Virus record (IMG/VR): IMGVR_UViG_3300006793_000015
Coordinates: 1 to 64,000 of that record
From: a virus
Reading direction: 5' to 3' (one strand)
DNA: 64,000 nt
Position 1 is the stretch's first letter. Every line of letters begins with the position of its first letter. Below the pieces are notes generated by a model. That model saw only the letters and a list, made by a program, of their open reading frames with translations. It was not told where the DNA came from and did not search any database. This document shows, piece by piece, positions 19,137 through 28,803 of this stretch. A program made the translations under genes and the position numbers.

Positions 19137-19345
19137 AAGTGAAAACACCCGCCATCATTTGTTTGTTCTATTTTTCTAACTAGTGGGTTACGCTCAAGCC
19201 AGAAAGGAAACTCTCTACAAATTTCTCCTTTGCCTGTTATAACTTTAAGTTTTTTAACTCGTTCTTCGTGACAATCTTTAACAGTGTTTTGAATATCTTC
19301 ATACGCTTCTTGCACGGTGTAACCGTGGTAATCGATTATAATCAT
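19112..19345 (-). CDS. Stand-alone Smr (small MutS-related) domain protein
   Basis: IDYHG..VQEA and VITGKG motifs plus late NDGG, in 77 aa. Confidence 0.75.
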   Translation of the reverse strand: MIIIDYHGYTVQEAYEDIQNTVKDCHEERVKKLKVITGKGEICREFPFWLERNPLVRKIEQTNDGGCFHLWISIKKK

Positions 19346-19476
19346 TTATATATAAATGGATCTCTCTTTTTTAGTTCTTTTAAACGCTTTCTATATCGTA
19401 TTTCGCGTTTAATTGCGTTAATAGGGCGCATGGCTTGATACTTTGCTTTTTTATAATATCTTTTCAATGTGTTCAT
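19342..19476 (-). CDS. 44-aa basic peptide (below ORF-track cutoff)
   Basis: Read by hand: MNTLKRYYKKAKYQAMRPINAIKREIRYRKRLKELKKRDPFIYK*; TGA overlaps the Smr ATG (ATGA); alternative start 19431. Confidence 0.65.
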   Translation of the reverse strand: MNTLKRYYKKAKYQAMRPINAIKREIRYRKRLKELKKRDPFIYK

Positions 19477-20281
19477 AAATTAACTCTGCCGCATCTGCGT
19501 GTCCTTTTTCTAAAGGATGTGATGTAGCGTATTCATAATTATTTATAAGTCCCCAGTCATTAAAACCAATATACTTGCTTGTCGGCCAGTCTCCGGGAAA
19601 ATGATACCAAGAATCTTGGTCAATTGTTTTTCTCAAACTAGTAACGTATTCGTTAGTCTCATCTTCAAATAATTGTTTAGGAACATGATACCCAGTATAA
19701 GCAAATATATGATTAATATTATGAATTTTTAAGAAGTTTTGAAGTGAGAATATATCTTTTAAACTTGAGTATACGTCATCTTCGTCGCTAACAATATTAT
19801 ACCATGCTTTACCAAAGTCTACTACGCCCGCACCTTTGTAAATATTATACTTGTTTTCTAAGGAAAACTTGGTGCTTGCGTAATTGGGCGTGTCGGGGTG
19901 TATCTTTTTAAACCAGTCTGATTTTGCCTCGTTCGTAGCACAATATGGATCCAAAGCTAACCATTCCGAATCTTGTTTATACATTAGATCATTTAACGTT
20001 CCGTTGATTAACTTAAATTCTCTTCTTGCTACAAATGTCCACATAATTTGAACAAAAATATTCTCTGGTAAATACCCATTCTCTAATGCCTTATTGACCG
20101 TGTATAATATACGTCGAGTAATAAAAGAATTGCTTCTACCACTGGAGGCTGTATTGATATGCATATGGGCATCTAATTTTTTAGAAACTAAATTAGCCCA
20201 GCATAATTCACTAGGGCCTCCGGCATCATCCGGAAGTTCTGCACCGAACGTAAAACTGTCACCACCGGATATAACTAACAT
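19451..20281 (-). CDS. SGNH/GDSL-like hydrolase or acyltransferase
   Basis: GGDSFTFG, GRSN, C-terminal SHPLEKGH; paralogous to 18468-19136. Confidence 0.6.
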   Translation of the reverse strand: MLVISGGDSFTFGAELPDDAGGPSELCWANLVSKKLDAHMHINTASSGRSNSFITRRILYTVNKALENGYLPENIFVQIMWTFVARREFKLINGTLNDLMYKQDSEWLALDPYCATNEAKSDWFKKIHPDTPNYASTKFSLENKYNIYKGAGVVDFGKAWYNIVSDEDDVYSSLKDIFSLQNFLKIHNINHIFAYTGYHVPKQLFEDETNEYVTSLRKTIDQDSWYHFPGDWPTSKYIGFNDWGLINNYEYATSHPLEKGHADAAELIYEHIEKIL

Positions 20282-21367
20282 TTAACGCATTTCCTTAATT
20301 GACATATTTTTAAAATCCTCATCATGCCAAAAATAGTCATACGTGGCACTAGCGTCTGATGTTCTTATTTTATAAACATCTAAATAATCATTCATTACAT
20401 ACCAAATTAAATATGGAATGTCTGTATTAAAAGACTTTTGTAAGTTAACCTGTCCTACTTGTGGATGTCCTAGTGTTAATGTTGGGTCTTTAGGATCTAA
20501 TCCATTCTTCTCTAACCAGGCGACAAATTGGTTAATCTGGTCCATTGACTGAGGAAAATCTGCCTTTCTGGACCAACTAATATCGAAATCGCCGGCAGCT
20601 TTTGTTTGTGTTCTGCACGACGTAGTCACCACATCGTCTAACATACTATCCGGTCCTTCGTCTGTAAAAACTTCCCAATGTGATTTTCCGATTGCCTTGT
20701 TTATACCTACATATACACCACCAGGTGCTTTTAGTAATGAGTCGATGCCGAAGCCTTCAAAGTCCGCTTCATCTACTAAATCAAATCTTGGTGAATTCAG
20801 CCAGCACATTAATTGTGACTTCTGCATCCATTCAGGTGCTTGAACTAACTTACGGTTAGTCAACGCCCATGTCTCAAACTCATGGCATAATAAATTAAGT
20901 TGTCTAATGTGATACTTCTCTTCCTTAGTTGCGTTATGGTAATGCTCGGTCATTGATGTGGATGAATCGCCAGTGTCTATTCCTTGTAATTCTTCAAACC
21001 ATCTATGTAACCAATTAAATCTGTCATGATTAATTGTTAGTCCAGAATGCCCGAATCCTACTTCTCCATAGTTGATACAATTTTCCATTGTAAATGGTTC
21101 TGTTTCTATATGGTAATCTAATGAACTATTATTAATAGACAACACTGTATCGTTAATCTCATCAAGTATTAATTGCCCGTTGCGTTTACTATTCATAAAA
21201 CCCATAAAGCAATAGTTCTTTTCGAGTATTAAATTGTCGTTAAGTATTCCGTTTAATGCTGTGAGCCATTTGCGGCTTAGCCCTGTGTCGTATATATCAA
21301 TATAGACATCCATAGTATTATAATGTCTGGTTCTTAACGTCATTACAATTTCATCTAGTTTTTTCAT
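20282..21367 (-). CDS. Hypothetical protein
   Basis: 361-aa ORF abutting neighbours; LHRWFE and LCHEFE His/Glu motifs. Confidence 0.75.
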   Translation of the reverse strand: MKKLDEIVMTLRTRHYNTMDVYIDIYDTGLSRKWLTALNGILNDNLILEKNYCFMGFMNSKRNGQLILDEINDTVLSINNSSLDYHIETEPFTMENCINYGEVGFGHSGLTINHDRFNWLHRWFEELQGIDTGDSSTSMTEHYHNATKEEKYHIRQLNLLCHEFETWALTNRKLVQAPEWMQKSQLMCWLNSPRFDLVDEADFEGFGIDSLLKAPGGVYVGINKAIGKSHWEVFTDEGPDSMLDDVVTTSCRTQTKAAGDFDISWSRKADFPQSMDQINQFVAWLEKNGLDPKDPTLTLGHPQVGQVNLQKSFNTDIPYLIWYVMNDYLDVYKIRTSDASATYDYFWHDEDFKNMSIKEMR

Positions 21368-21385
21368 TGATTAGTTTCTCTTTTA

Positions 21386-22258
21386 TTATGTATTTTCTAA
21401 TAGATAAAAAGATTTACGTCCTGCTTTTCTCGGTGGAGATTCTCCGCGGCCAATAAATGACTGGTAATCATAATATTTTTTTACTTTCCATCCTTGGTCT
21501 TTGACAAAAAAATCAATAGCGTTTCTTGATGGCATTAAACCAGTAACTGAAGTATATGACATCATAGATTCGTCGGTTTGTTTAGGTTTCCATACCTCAA
21601 AGTGTCCGTTTTCAAAAATATCATCCTTTACCGTTGATTCTAAAAATAAGTATTTTGGTCTAATCACTTCTTTAACATGCCTAATAACATGAATACCGTT
21701 TTCTAAATAATATAATACATCAAGCATAAACACTACATTTACTCTATCTAAATTAATATTCTTTCTTGGTATGTGCCTATCTACTGTAATAAATTCGTTG
21801 TCAACGGTAGTTAGTGTAGAATCTATAGACATTGTATGATTAGTTATTTTATCTGTTAGGTTACATATACTAGCAAGTTCCTTTCCTAGTGTTGATCTAC
21901 GCATGTTTGGTTCAATTGAAGTTATTTCTTTCGCACCGATCTGCGCCGCCCACACAGAAAAAAAACTAAGATTGGATCCAAGATCAAGTATTGTAGCATC
22001 TTTAATTATGTTTTTACATAATATATAATACAAATAATATCGAAGTTTATAGCATTCTGGAAATTCCCATGACGCTGTAGATGTATCATAATCAGAAAAC
22101 TGTAAATTGGGCTTGTCAAAAAATTTATGGAAAATATAATTAATCTCAGGTAAAAATGGCATATTGAGTTTATTTAATTCATCAAAATTAATGTCAATTA
22201 CTGAATTAATTTTTTGTAAATTTAAGATACTGTCTTTTTTCATATAGTGTTCCACCAA
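21386..22258 (-). CDS. Class I SAM-dependent methyltransferase
   Basis: ILDLGSN motif I, SIEP motif II, DVLYY and LFLES motifs. Confidence 0.8.
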   Translation of the reverse strand: MVEHYMKKDSILNLQKINSVIDINFDELNKLNMPFLPEINYIFHKFFDKPNLQFSDYDTSTASWEFPECYKLRYYLYYILCKNIIKDATILDLGSNLSFFSVWAAQIGAKEITSIEPNMRRSTLGKELASICNLTDKITNHTMSIDSTLTTVDNEFITVDRHIPRKNINLDRVNVVFMLDVLYYLENGIHVIRHVKEVIRPKYLFLESTVKDDIFENGHFEVWKPKQTDESMMSYTSVTGLMPSRNAIDFFVKDQGWKVKKYYDYQSFIGRGESPPRKAGRKSFYLLENT

Positions 22259-23541
22259 TTTAAAATATCCCTTTGAAGAATATTATTAATATTATAACTG
22301 GTTTTACGCAGATTGTCAATTTTTTCCATGCGTTGCTTGCCTTTTAAAAGGCCTTCCTCGTATTCGTTAGGCCATTCTTCTGCGAACGTTGGTCTTTCTT
22401 TTAGATTTTTTAATACATCTATTAGCGGTTGTTGTTTCCATGTTGCCTCCCTGCATTGTTCTAATAATTCATCTACTTTATCGTTTAATAAGTTACGCGG
22501 TAAACACATTGGACTCATTATAATGTCCGGCGTAAAAGCAAAAGTAACCTTCGCTAATAACATTGTATCTAACTCCTTACTCAAATCAAACATATTTTTT
22601 ACTTCGTATAGCCCGGGTAAAGTTAAAGTAAAGTCTAAACGCATTTGGTTTGGATGTTTTTGTGCCGCCATACCTTGTTTATAGTAATCTAAAAACTTAC
22701 TCCATTCCAATCCATCGCGTATATATTCTCCTATAGGACCAGTGCCATCTATTGAGGCACATATTTGCCAATCACGTATGTTACATAATATGTCATTGTA
22801 TAAATGTACGCCTTTATACTCTATACGAGATAAGTTTGTATTATATCTTGCGTATACTTTACCACCATCTCCCTGTTCTATAATCTGTTTCATATACTTC
22901 CAATGTTCTTCAAACATTAGAGGTTCACCACCTACCCAATATATTTCCTCTACTCTGCCCTCTGCTACTGCATCGGCAAACTCTTTCTCTACTACTTGCG
23001 ATTGGAATTCGCTTATTTGTTTTCTTACAGTTGGATCCATCCAATTGTTCTTTGGATCGCTATAGTTAATCATATCATTGCTACGTTGCTCTGTTTCCCA
23101 ACTGCTACTTAACATATCGCCACACATACGGCACTTAAAGTTACATAGGTTACTAAAGCGATAGTCCCAACTTACTGGCTTCATCGTAGTGTAGCCTGTT
23201 TCGTCCGTGCTTGCTACTACTTCGTCGTATTTGTGTTTAAACAAATTCCAAAAGTAATCTCTATATACGTCTGTGTTTAGTAACTTCTTGTTACATACTT
23301 GGCAAGCATCTATCTCTTCTCCTGCCATATGTGCTCTACGCACACTTTTCATATACTCGCTGTTCCAATGTTCTTCTAACGTTATTGGATTGTATTCTCC
23401 TGTGCCTGCTTCAGTGTCTATATACTGCTTAAAACTTTGTGCGGGTTCTCGCGAAGCACAACACAATCTACGTTCTGTTTGCGGACTTAGGTAAGTATGC
23501 ACCCATGGCGCCAAACACATGTTTTCGGGCTTTGTATTCAT
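22240..23541 (-). CDS. Radical SAM enzyme with N-terminal twitch-like domain (#7)
   Basis: CNFKCRMC; GGEP; N-terminal CLAPW..RLCC..CQVC. Confidence 0.9.
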   Translation of the reverse strand: MNTKPENMCLAPWVHTYLSPQTERRLCCASREPAQSFKQYIDTEAGTGEYNPITLEEHWNSEYMKSVRRAHMAGEEIDACQVCNKKLLNTDVYRDYFWNLFKHKYDEVVASTDETGYTTMKPVSWDYRFSNLCNFKCRMCGDMLSSSWETEQRSNDMINYSDPKNNWMDPTVRKQISEFQSQVVEKEFADAVAEGRVEEIYWVGGEPLMFEEHWKYMKQIIEQGDGGKVYARYNTNLSRIEYKGVHLYNDILCNIRDWQICASIDGTGPIGEYIRDGLEWSKFLDYYKQGMAAQKHPNQMRLDFTLTLPGLYEVKNMFDLSKELDTMLLAKVTFAFTPDIIMSPMCLPRNLLNDKVDELLEQCREATWKQQPLIDVLKNLKERPTFAEEWPNEYEEGLLKGKQRMEKIDNLRKTSYNINNILQRDILNWWNTI

Positions 23542-24890
23542 TGGTTATTCATAGGTGGCAGGCACTTATTGTATTCGTAACCAATATACTCTGATAATAC
23601 CGGATCTACTTCGTTTAACGTCTTAGTTCTCATGCTGTCTACTCTCGCAGTGTCAGTTAACATACGATCCGTATGGTCTTCATCATCTTTAATATTTCTC
23701 AAATCAGTGCTATGCATGTAGTTAATAAAAGAATCAATTTCTTTAACATTATCAAACTTACTGTCTATTAACTCTTGCCAGTTGTATGCTCTCAACTTAT
23801 TTGCTATAATGTTCTTTATTTCGGGAGTATGCATTTGAATGTTATAATGTAACGGATAGTGCATCAAGTTCAAATACCAAGAGTCTAAATTTTTAATTTC
23901 TTTGATCCAATCAGCAACATCTGGTAAATTATGAAAGTTAAATAAATTAAGAGTAGTGCAAATCTCTGTTTCTATATTACTTGGCTTGTTTCCGGAAATA
24001 TACTGAATATTGTTGTTTACTTCATCCCATTTTGCACCGTAACGTTGATACTCGAACTTATCGCCGATGTCGTCAATGCTAAAAGAAATTCTACAGTGTT
24101 TAAAATGTGGCAGAATATTATGGTATTCGTGTTTTGGTAATTGTGTTCCGTTTGTGTTGTAATGTATGTTAATGTCTTTAGAGTGGCCGCTTTCTATTAG
24201 TGTTTCTAATACTTGGAAATGCTCTTTAATCATCCACGGTTCTCCTCCCGTAAACTCCAAATGTTTTACGTTAGGTAATATCTCTTTAAGATCTTCCCAA
24301 AACTGTGGGTTCTTACGCGGCCATTCACCTTGCTTTAAATAATAGTATGCGGGTGTTTTCTTTGTATCTTCTTTCTTAGCACCGTAAAACTTAATACCCA
24401 TTTTTATTTCTTCTTCCGCCCACTTACTGCTACTCCAAGAGCCGCATATTCTACACTTTAAGTTACATATGGTTCCTAATTTTAAATCTAAGTACGCAAT
24501 ATCTTTCTCTGTTACATCTTTATCAAATATATTTTTTATTTGTGGTAGGTGATGTGAGAAATAGTGAGCCCAGTTTATGCGCTTACTTTCTAAACCTGCG
24601 CCTTCTTCATCCCAACACTTCTTACAAATCTCAGGCTTTTTGCCATCTAAAAATTCTTGTCGTAACTGTTGCATGTCAGTACTGTTAAACGCATCCGTAA
24701 TAGTATCGCCATTGTTTAAATTGTATGGATCTTCCGTGCCTTCTTTATAAACAGGCCCTTCTGCCATACAACAAGGCTTGAGCCAACCCTTAGCGTCTGC
24801 TTCCATATGCATAAAAGGAAGATAACACAATGTAGGAGTTTTTTCAAATGACTCTGCTTGCTTTATAACTTGCCTCAGTTTTTCGTTCAT
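23538..24890 (-). CDS. Radical SAM enzyme with N-terminal twitch-like domain (#6)
   Basis: CNLKCRIC; TGGEP; CYLPF..KPCC..CKKC. Confidence 0.9.
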   Translation of the reverse strand: MNEKLRQVIKQAESFEKTPTLCYLPFMHMEADAKGWLKPCCMAEGPVYKEGTEDPYNLNNGDTITDAFNSTDMQQLRQEFLDGKKPEICKKCWDEEGAGLESKRINWAHYFSHHLPQIKNIFDKDVTEKDIAYLDLKLGTICNLKCRICGSWSSSKWAEEEIKMGIKFYGAKKEDTKKTPAYYYLKQGEWPRKNPQFWEDLKEILPNVKHLEFTGGEPWMIKEHFQVLETLIESGHSKDINIHYNTNGTQLPKHEYHNILPHFKHCRISFSIDDIGDKFEYQRYGAKWDEVNNNIQYISGNKPSNIETEICTTLNLFNFHNLPDVADWIKEIKNLDSWYLNLMHYPLHYNIQMHTPEIKNIIANKLRAYNWQELIDSKFDNVKEIDSFINYMHSTDLRNIKDDEDHTDRMLTDTARVDSMRTKTLNEVDPVLSEYIGYEYNKCLPPMNNQ

Positions 24891-26137
24891 AATTGGATTA
24901 GTTCCGGAAATGTTTCCTTAAAATTCTCATCTCGTATTGCATCTATTTGTGCTGTAAGTTTTAAGAAGTCTTGTAGCAATTGTTCGTTAGCAGTTTGATT
25001 AATGAAGTTAATAGCACTTTCATAACCGTTCGTTGCTCGTTGCAAGCCGTCCAACGGTCTAATGTATTCAATATGCTCCTTGTATTTAGCGACTAGTTTT
25101 TCCTTAAGATTATTTGGTAGATTGTCTATACGATAGTGTGGTGGATTCATTAATATATTAATGTTAAAGTCTTGTGCGTTAATAAATCCTTTGTCCATCC
25201 AATCTCTATGGAAGTCCGGCATATGGAAACTGTTTAGTATGCTTAACGTACAACTAATATAAAAGTCTACGTTAGGGCATATTTCTAACATGCGTTCTCT
25301 GTTACGCTCTGTTTGGTCCCATACAGTTTCTTTGCGTATGTATTCACCGCGTGGTCCCATTCCATCTAAACTTGCTCCAATGCTTACACTATTAAACAAC
25401 TTCCACATCTCTAATACATCTTGTTTCTTATAACGCAATTCGCTAAAGTTTGTATTATAAATTAACTTTACATCAAAGCGTTCTAAACGTATTAGTTCTT
25501 CAATGATCTTCCAGTGCTCTTCCATCATAAGTGGTTCGCCACCAGCAAAGTATATTTGCTCTACGTATGGCATATGGCGTTTTGCTTCTCGATAAAAGTC
25601 TTTTGTATCGCCACAGCGGATTATTTTTGGATGGTCAGGCTTACTGCCGTGTAACTTCTCATAGTCTTGATACCAGTTACTGCTAAACAATGGGCCGCAA
25701 GTTCTACATCTAAAGTTACACAAATTGCTAAACCTTACGTCCCAATATATAATCTCAAACTCTGGATCTACTGTGTTTGCTTTGTTAATGTGATGCCCGA
25801 AGTGTTTATTGGCACTTACTCTACCGCTCATAAAGCCATTGCGATCCTGTTCGTAACACTTGCTACACTCTTTTAACTTTTTACCTGCAAGCATATCTTG
25901 CCGTATGCTTTGCATCTTCTCACCATGCCATATATTTTCCAGTGTAGTATCTTTAAGTGTTCCTAGTGGCATGTCCATATCTGACATACAGCATAAGTGT
26001 ACAGTGCTGTCCGGATAGGCGTGTATATGTGTCCATGGGTATATACAAAACGCTTCGTTCTCTGTTAATGCAATACGCTCGTTGTCTGTTAAATCTTCTA
26101 GTTTAACATATAGCGGTGCTTTCTCGTTATAATCCAT
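24887..26137 (-). CDS. Radical SAM enzyme with N-terminal twitch-like domain (#5)
   Basis: CNFRCRTC; AGGEP; CIYPW..HLCC..CSKC. Confidence 0.9.
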   Translation of the reverse strand: MDYNEKAPLYVKLEDLTDNERIALTENEAFCIYPWTHIHAYPDSTVHLCCMSDMDMPLGTLKDTTLENIWHGEKMQSIRQDMLAGKKLKECSKCYEQDRNGFMSGRVSANKHFGHHINKANTVDPEFEIIYWDVRFSNLCNFRCRTCGPLFSSNWYQDYEKLHGSKPDHPKIIRCGDTKDFYREAKRHMPYVEQIYFAGGEPLMMEEHWKIIEELIRLERFDVKLIYNTNFSELRYKKQDVLEMWKLFNSVSIGASLDGMGPRGEYIRKETVWDQTERNRERMLEICPNVDFYISCTLSILNSFHMPDFHRDWMDKGFINAQDFNINILMNPPHYRIDNLPNNLKEKLVAKYKEHIEYIRPLDGLQRATNGYESAINFINQTANEQLLQDFLKLTAQIDAIRDENFKETFPELIQL

Positions 26138-26809
26138 CCATTAGTTCCTTTAGTTCCGGAAACGTTTCAACAAAGTTTTCGTTTCTGTATTGGTCATACT
26201 TGCGTATTTCTTCTCTAAACTTTGGTAGCAAGTCTGTTCTATCCTCTTGTTTTAAGAAGTTTATTGCTCCTGTAAACCCGTTTGATGCTCTCATGATGTC
26301 ATCATTAAAGTTTATTTTTTCTATATGGTCTTCATATAATTGTACTACTTCTTCTTTCATTTGTTGTGGTAAAATAGTTAGTCTGTACCACTCTGGCCCT
26401 TGCAACACATTAACGTGAAAATCGTATGTTTCTATTAATCCTTGTTGTATCCACTCATTATGAAAATCTACTATATGGTATGCGTTTAATGCCTGTAGCG
26501 TAGCACTCGCAAAAAAGTCTACTGTAGGACATATAGATAACATTTCTTCTCTGTTACGCACAATATTGTCCCACTTAGTTCCTTTACGTATGTACTCTGC
26601 CCTTGCTCCCATTGCATCTAAACTTGCACCCACAGACACGAGTTCAAACTCCTTCCATGTTTCAAATATATTACGCTTTTTATACTTTGTCTCACTAAAG
26701 TTCGTGTTGTAAATAAGTTCTACGTCTGTTTTACCACGCTTTAGTAGTTCATCTATTAAACGCCAGTGCTCTTCCATCATAAGTGGTTCGCCACCAGCAA
26801 AGTATATTT
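25511..26809. repeat. 47-nt perfect direct repeat shared by radical SAM paralogs #4 and #5
   Basis: CCAGTGCTCTTCCATCATAAGTGGTTCGCCACCAGCAAAGTATATTT at 25511-25557 and 26763-26809. Confidence 0.9.
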
Positions 26810-27443
26810 TATGTAAGTTATCTATATACGGCTCTACCATTTCCCAGTTTAATTGTTTACTACCGCGGGTATAATTAATAATTGGAACTTTACGATTGTA
26901 CATACTGTTTGATTCTTTTGCCCAACTACTACTAAACTGTGGCCCACACATTCTACAACTAAAATTACATTGATTACTAAATCGCATATCCCAATAAAAA
27001 ATGTTTGGATCTGCACTGCCATCTTCATATGTGTTGTCTATATAATCTACAGCATATGCAAAGTTTCTATTGCTTTCATTACGTAAACTAAAAAGAGAAG
27101 ACTTTTCTAATTCGTAACATTTTTTACAAGTGTCACTGGGTTTGTCTTGCAACATATTGAGACGAAGTTGCTTCATGCTTTCGCCATTCCATACTTCCTC
27201 AAAAGTATTTTTCCGTAAGTTGCCCACTGGAATTTCCATATCAGCCATACAGCAAGGATAAGCATTACCATCAGTCCAGCCGTGTAAATGTAACCACGGC
27301 AACATACAAAAGTGTTTACTGCTCGTTAGTAAATTATAATGCTCTGTAGTAAATTGGTGTTGCTCTAGTTTTTGTTTATTTCTATCAAGCAATAATGATT
27401 TACTGTTGTGAGGTGTATCCTCGCTTAGATATCCTTTATCCAT
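26127..27443 (-). CDS. Radical SAM enzyme with N-terminal twitch-like domain (#4)
   Basis: CNFSCRMC; AGGEP; CMLPW..YPCC..CKKC. Confidence 0.9.
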   Translation of the reverse strand: MDKGYLSEDTPHNSKSLLLDRNKQKLEQHQFTTEHYNLLTSSKHFCMLPWLHLHGWTDGNAYPCCMADMEIPVGNLRKNTFEEVWNGESMKQLRLNMLQDKPSDTCKKCYELEKSSLFSLRNESNRNFAYAVDYIDNTYEDGSADPNIFYWDMRFSNQCNFSCRMCGPQFSSSWAKESNSMYNRKVPIINYTRGSKQLNWEMVEPYIDNLHKIYFAGGEPLMMEEHWRLIDELLKRGKTDVELIYNTNFSETKYKKRNIFETWKEFELVSVGASLDAMGARAEYIRKGTKWDNIVRNREEMLSICPTVDFFASATLQALNAYHIVDFHNEWIQQGLIETYDFHVNVLQGPEWYRLTILPQQMKEEVVQLYEDHIEKINFNDDIMRASNGFTGAINFLKQEDRTDLLPKFREEIRKYDQYRNENFVETFPELKELMDGL

Positions 27444-28803
27444 TTAAACTATTATACCAGTCTGCTAGGCGTGGGAACGTCTCTGTAAAGTTCTTTCCTC
27501 TACGCTCATCGTATTGTTTATAAAAATGATAGAAGTCATTGTGTAACGCAGGCTTTTCAAATGTATCACTGTGCGGCGTTTCCACTACATCCAAGTAGTC
27601 TATTAATCGCTCTACATGATTGCGTTCCATCTCCTGTAACAGTGGATTGGTTTTTGCTTTACTATACCAGTTTTGTAAATCTCCCCTAAACTCTGCTAGT
27701 GTTTCTTTTGGCAATATTAACGGAGATTGGAAACTTGGAAAACGTAAAATGTTCAGTGTAAACGTAGGACGATCTGATCCATATGTCTCTTTAAATTCTA
27801 TTTGCTGTTGTAAAAACTCCGGTAATGAGTTTAAGCACAATGCGTTAATAGTACACATCATATGGAAACCTTCTAAATTTCCATCTGTACAAACTTTGTG
27901 GCAGTTATCTACCCACCTGTTCCATTCTAATCCGTCACGTATATACTCTGCATGTGGACCCATTGATTCACAACTCGTGTATAAATGTAGATGTTTAATA
28001 GATTGTGCGTTTTCTATGAATCGATTTATTAAATCGTCTTTTCCTCCGAGGTTACTGTTAATAGCGAGACGCATGTCTGGCTTAACTGAGCCCTCTTTGA
28101 ACTTATCAAATAGTTTCCATACATCATCGGACATCAATGGTTCACCACCTGTAATACGGAGTTCGTCTAATGTTTCATGTAATTCCTCATCCCACCACTT
28201 CCAGAACGCTTCAACATACGGATTGTTTTCATCCTTTTTATATAATTGAGCGGAAGGGTGGGAATGAGTGAAATGATTACGGCCATCGCTAATTAGATTT
28301 TCGTAAGGGCCGTCTTTTTTGATGTCTTTTACCCAGGTGCTACTAAAAGCAGGATTGCAATAAGAGCAACCAAAGTTACAAGTCCGGTCAAAGGCGGCCT
28401 CGAGAGTACGTAAAGCAAAATTCTCTGTAGGTAACTTATTTTTAACATAATTAACATCCTCCTCGTCATAAATGACTGACTTATGGACACGATCCGAAAT
28501 CGAATCAGGCCCAATATCTTCAATCTTCCAACAATATTCGCAACCTGCAGGACGCTGTCCTACTAGCATATTGTGTCGATCTTTCTTTTTTTGGGATGTG
28601 TTATGAATAGCTGCTGGATTTGACTGAAGTTCTGTTACATCTATTTCGTGGGCGGGCGGATGATGACAACTTGTCGTCATTCCACTGCCTAACCATATTG
28701 TAGCGTTCCTCCATTTTGCCATACAAAAAGATGGACTTACATTAGTATTTAGCCACTTTTTTACTTCTAAATCAGTCTCTCTACCGGGTTTTCTTAATGT
28801 CAT
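27436..28803 (-). CDS. Radical SAM enzyme, CxAKW..SCxHPP N-terminal subtype (#3)
   Basis: CNFGCSYC; TGGEP; CMAKW..SCHHPP..CEYC. Confidence 0.9.
   Translation of the reverse strand: MTLRKPGRETDLEVKKWLNTNVSPSFCMAKWRNATIWLGSGMTTSCHHPPAHEIDVTELQSNPAAIHNTSQKKKDRHNMLVGQRPAGCEYCWKIEDIGPDSISDRVHKSVIYDEEDVNYVKNKLPTENFALRTLEAAFDRTCNFGCSYCNPAFSSTWVKDIKKDGPYENLISDGRNHFTHSHPSAQLYKKDENNPYVEAFWKWWDEELHETLDELRITGGEPLMSDDVWKLFDKFKEGSVKPDMRLAINSNLGGKDDLINRFIENAQSIKHLHLYTSCESMGPHAEYIRDGLEWNRWVDNCHKVCTDGNLEGFHMMCTINALCLNSLPEFLQQQIEFKETYGSDRPTFTLNILRFPSFQSPLILPKETLAEFRGDLQNWYSKAKTNPLLQEMERNHVERLIDYLDVVETPHSDTFEKPALHNDFYHFYKQYDERRGKNFTETFPRLADWYNSLNG

Noticed and set aside
25511-26809. 47-nt repeat as att sites or DGR template/variable repeat
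   Set aside because: Both copies encode the same conserved enzyme motif; no adenine-specific mismatches; no integrase or reverse transcriptase in the window
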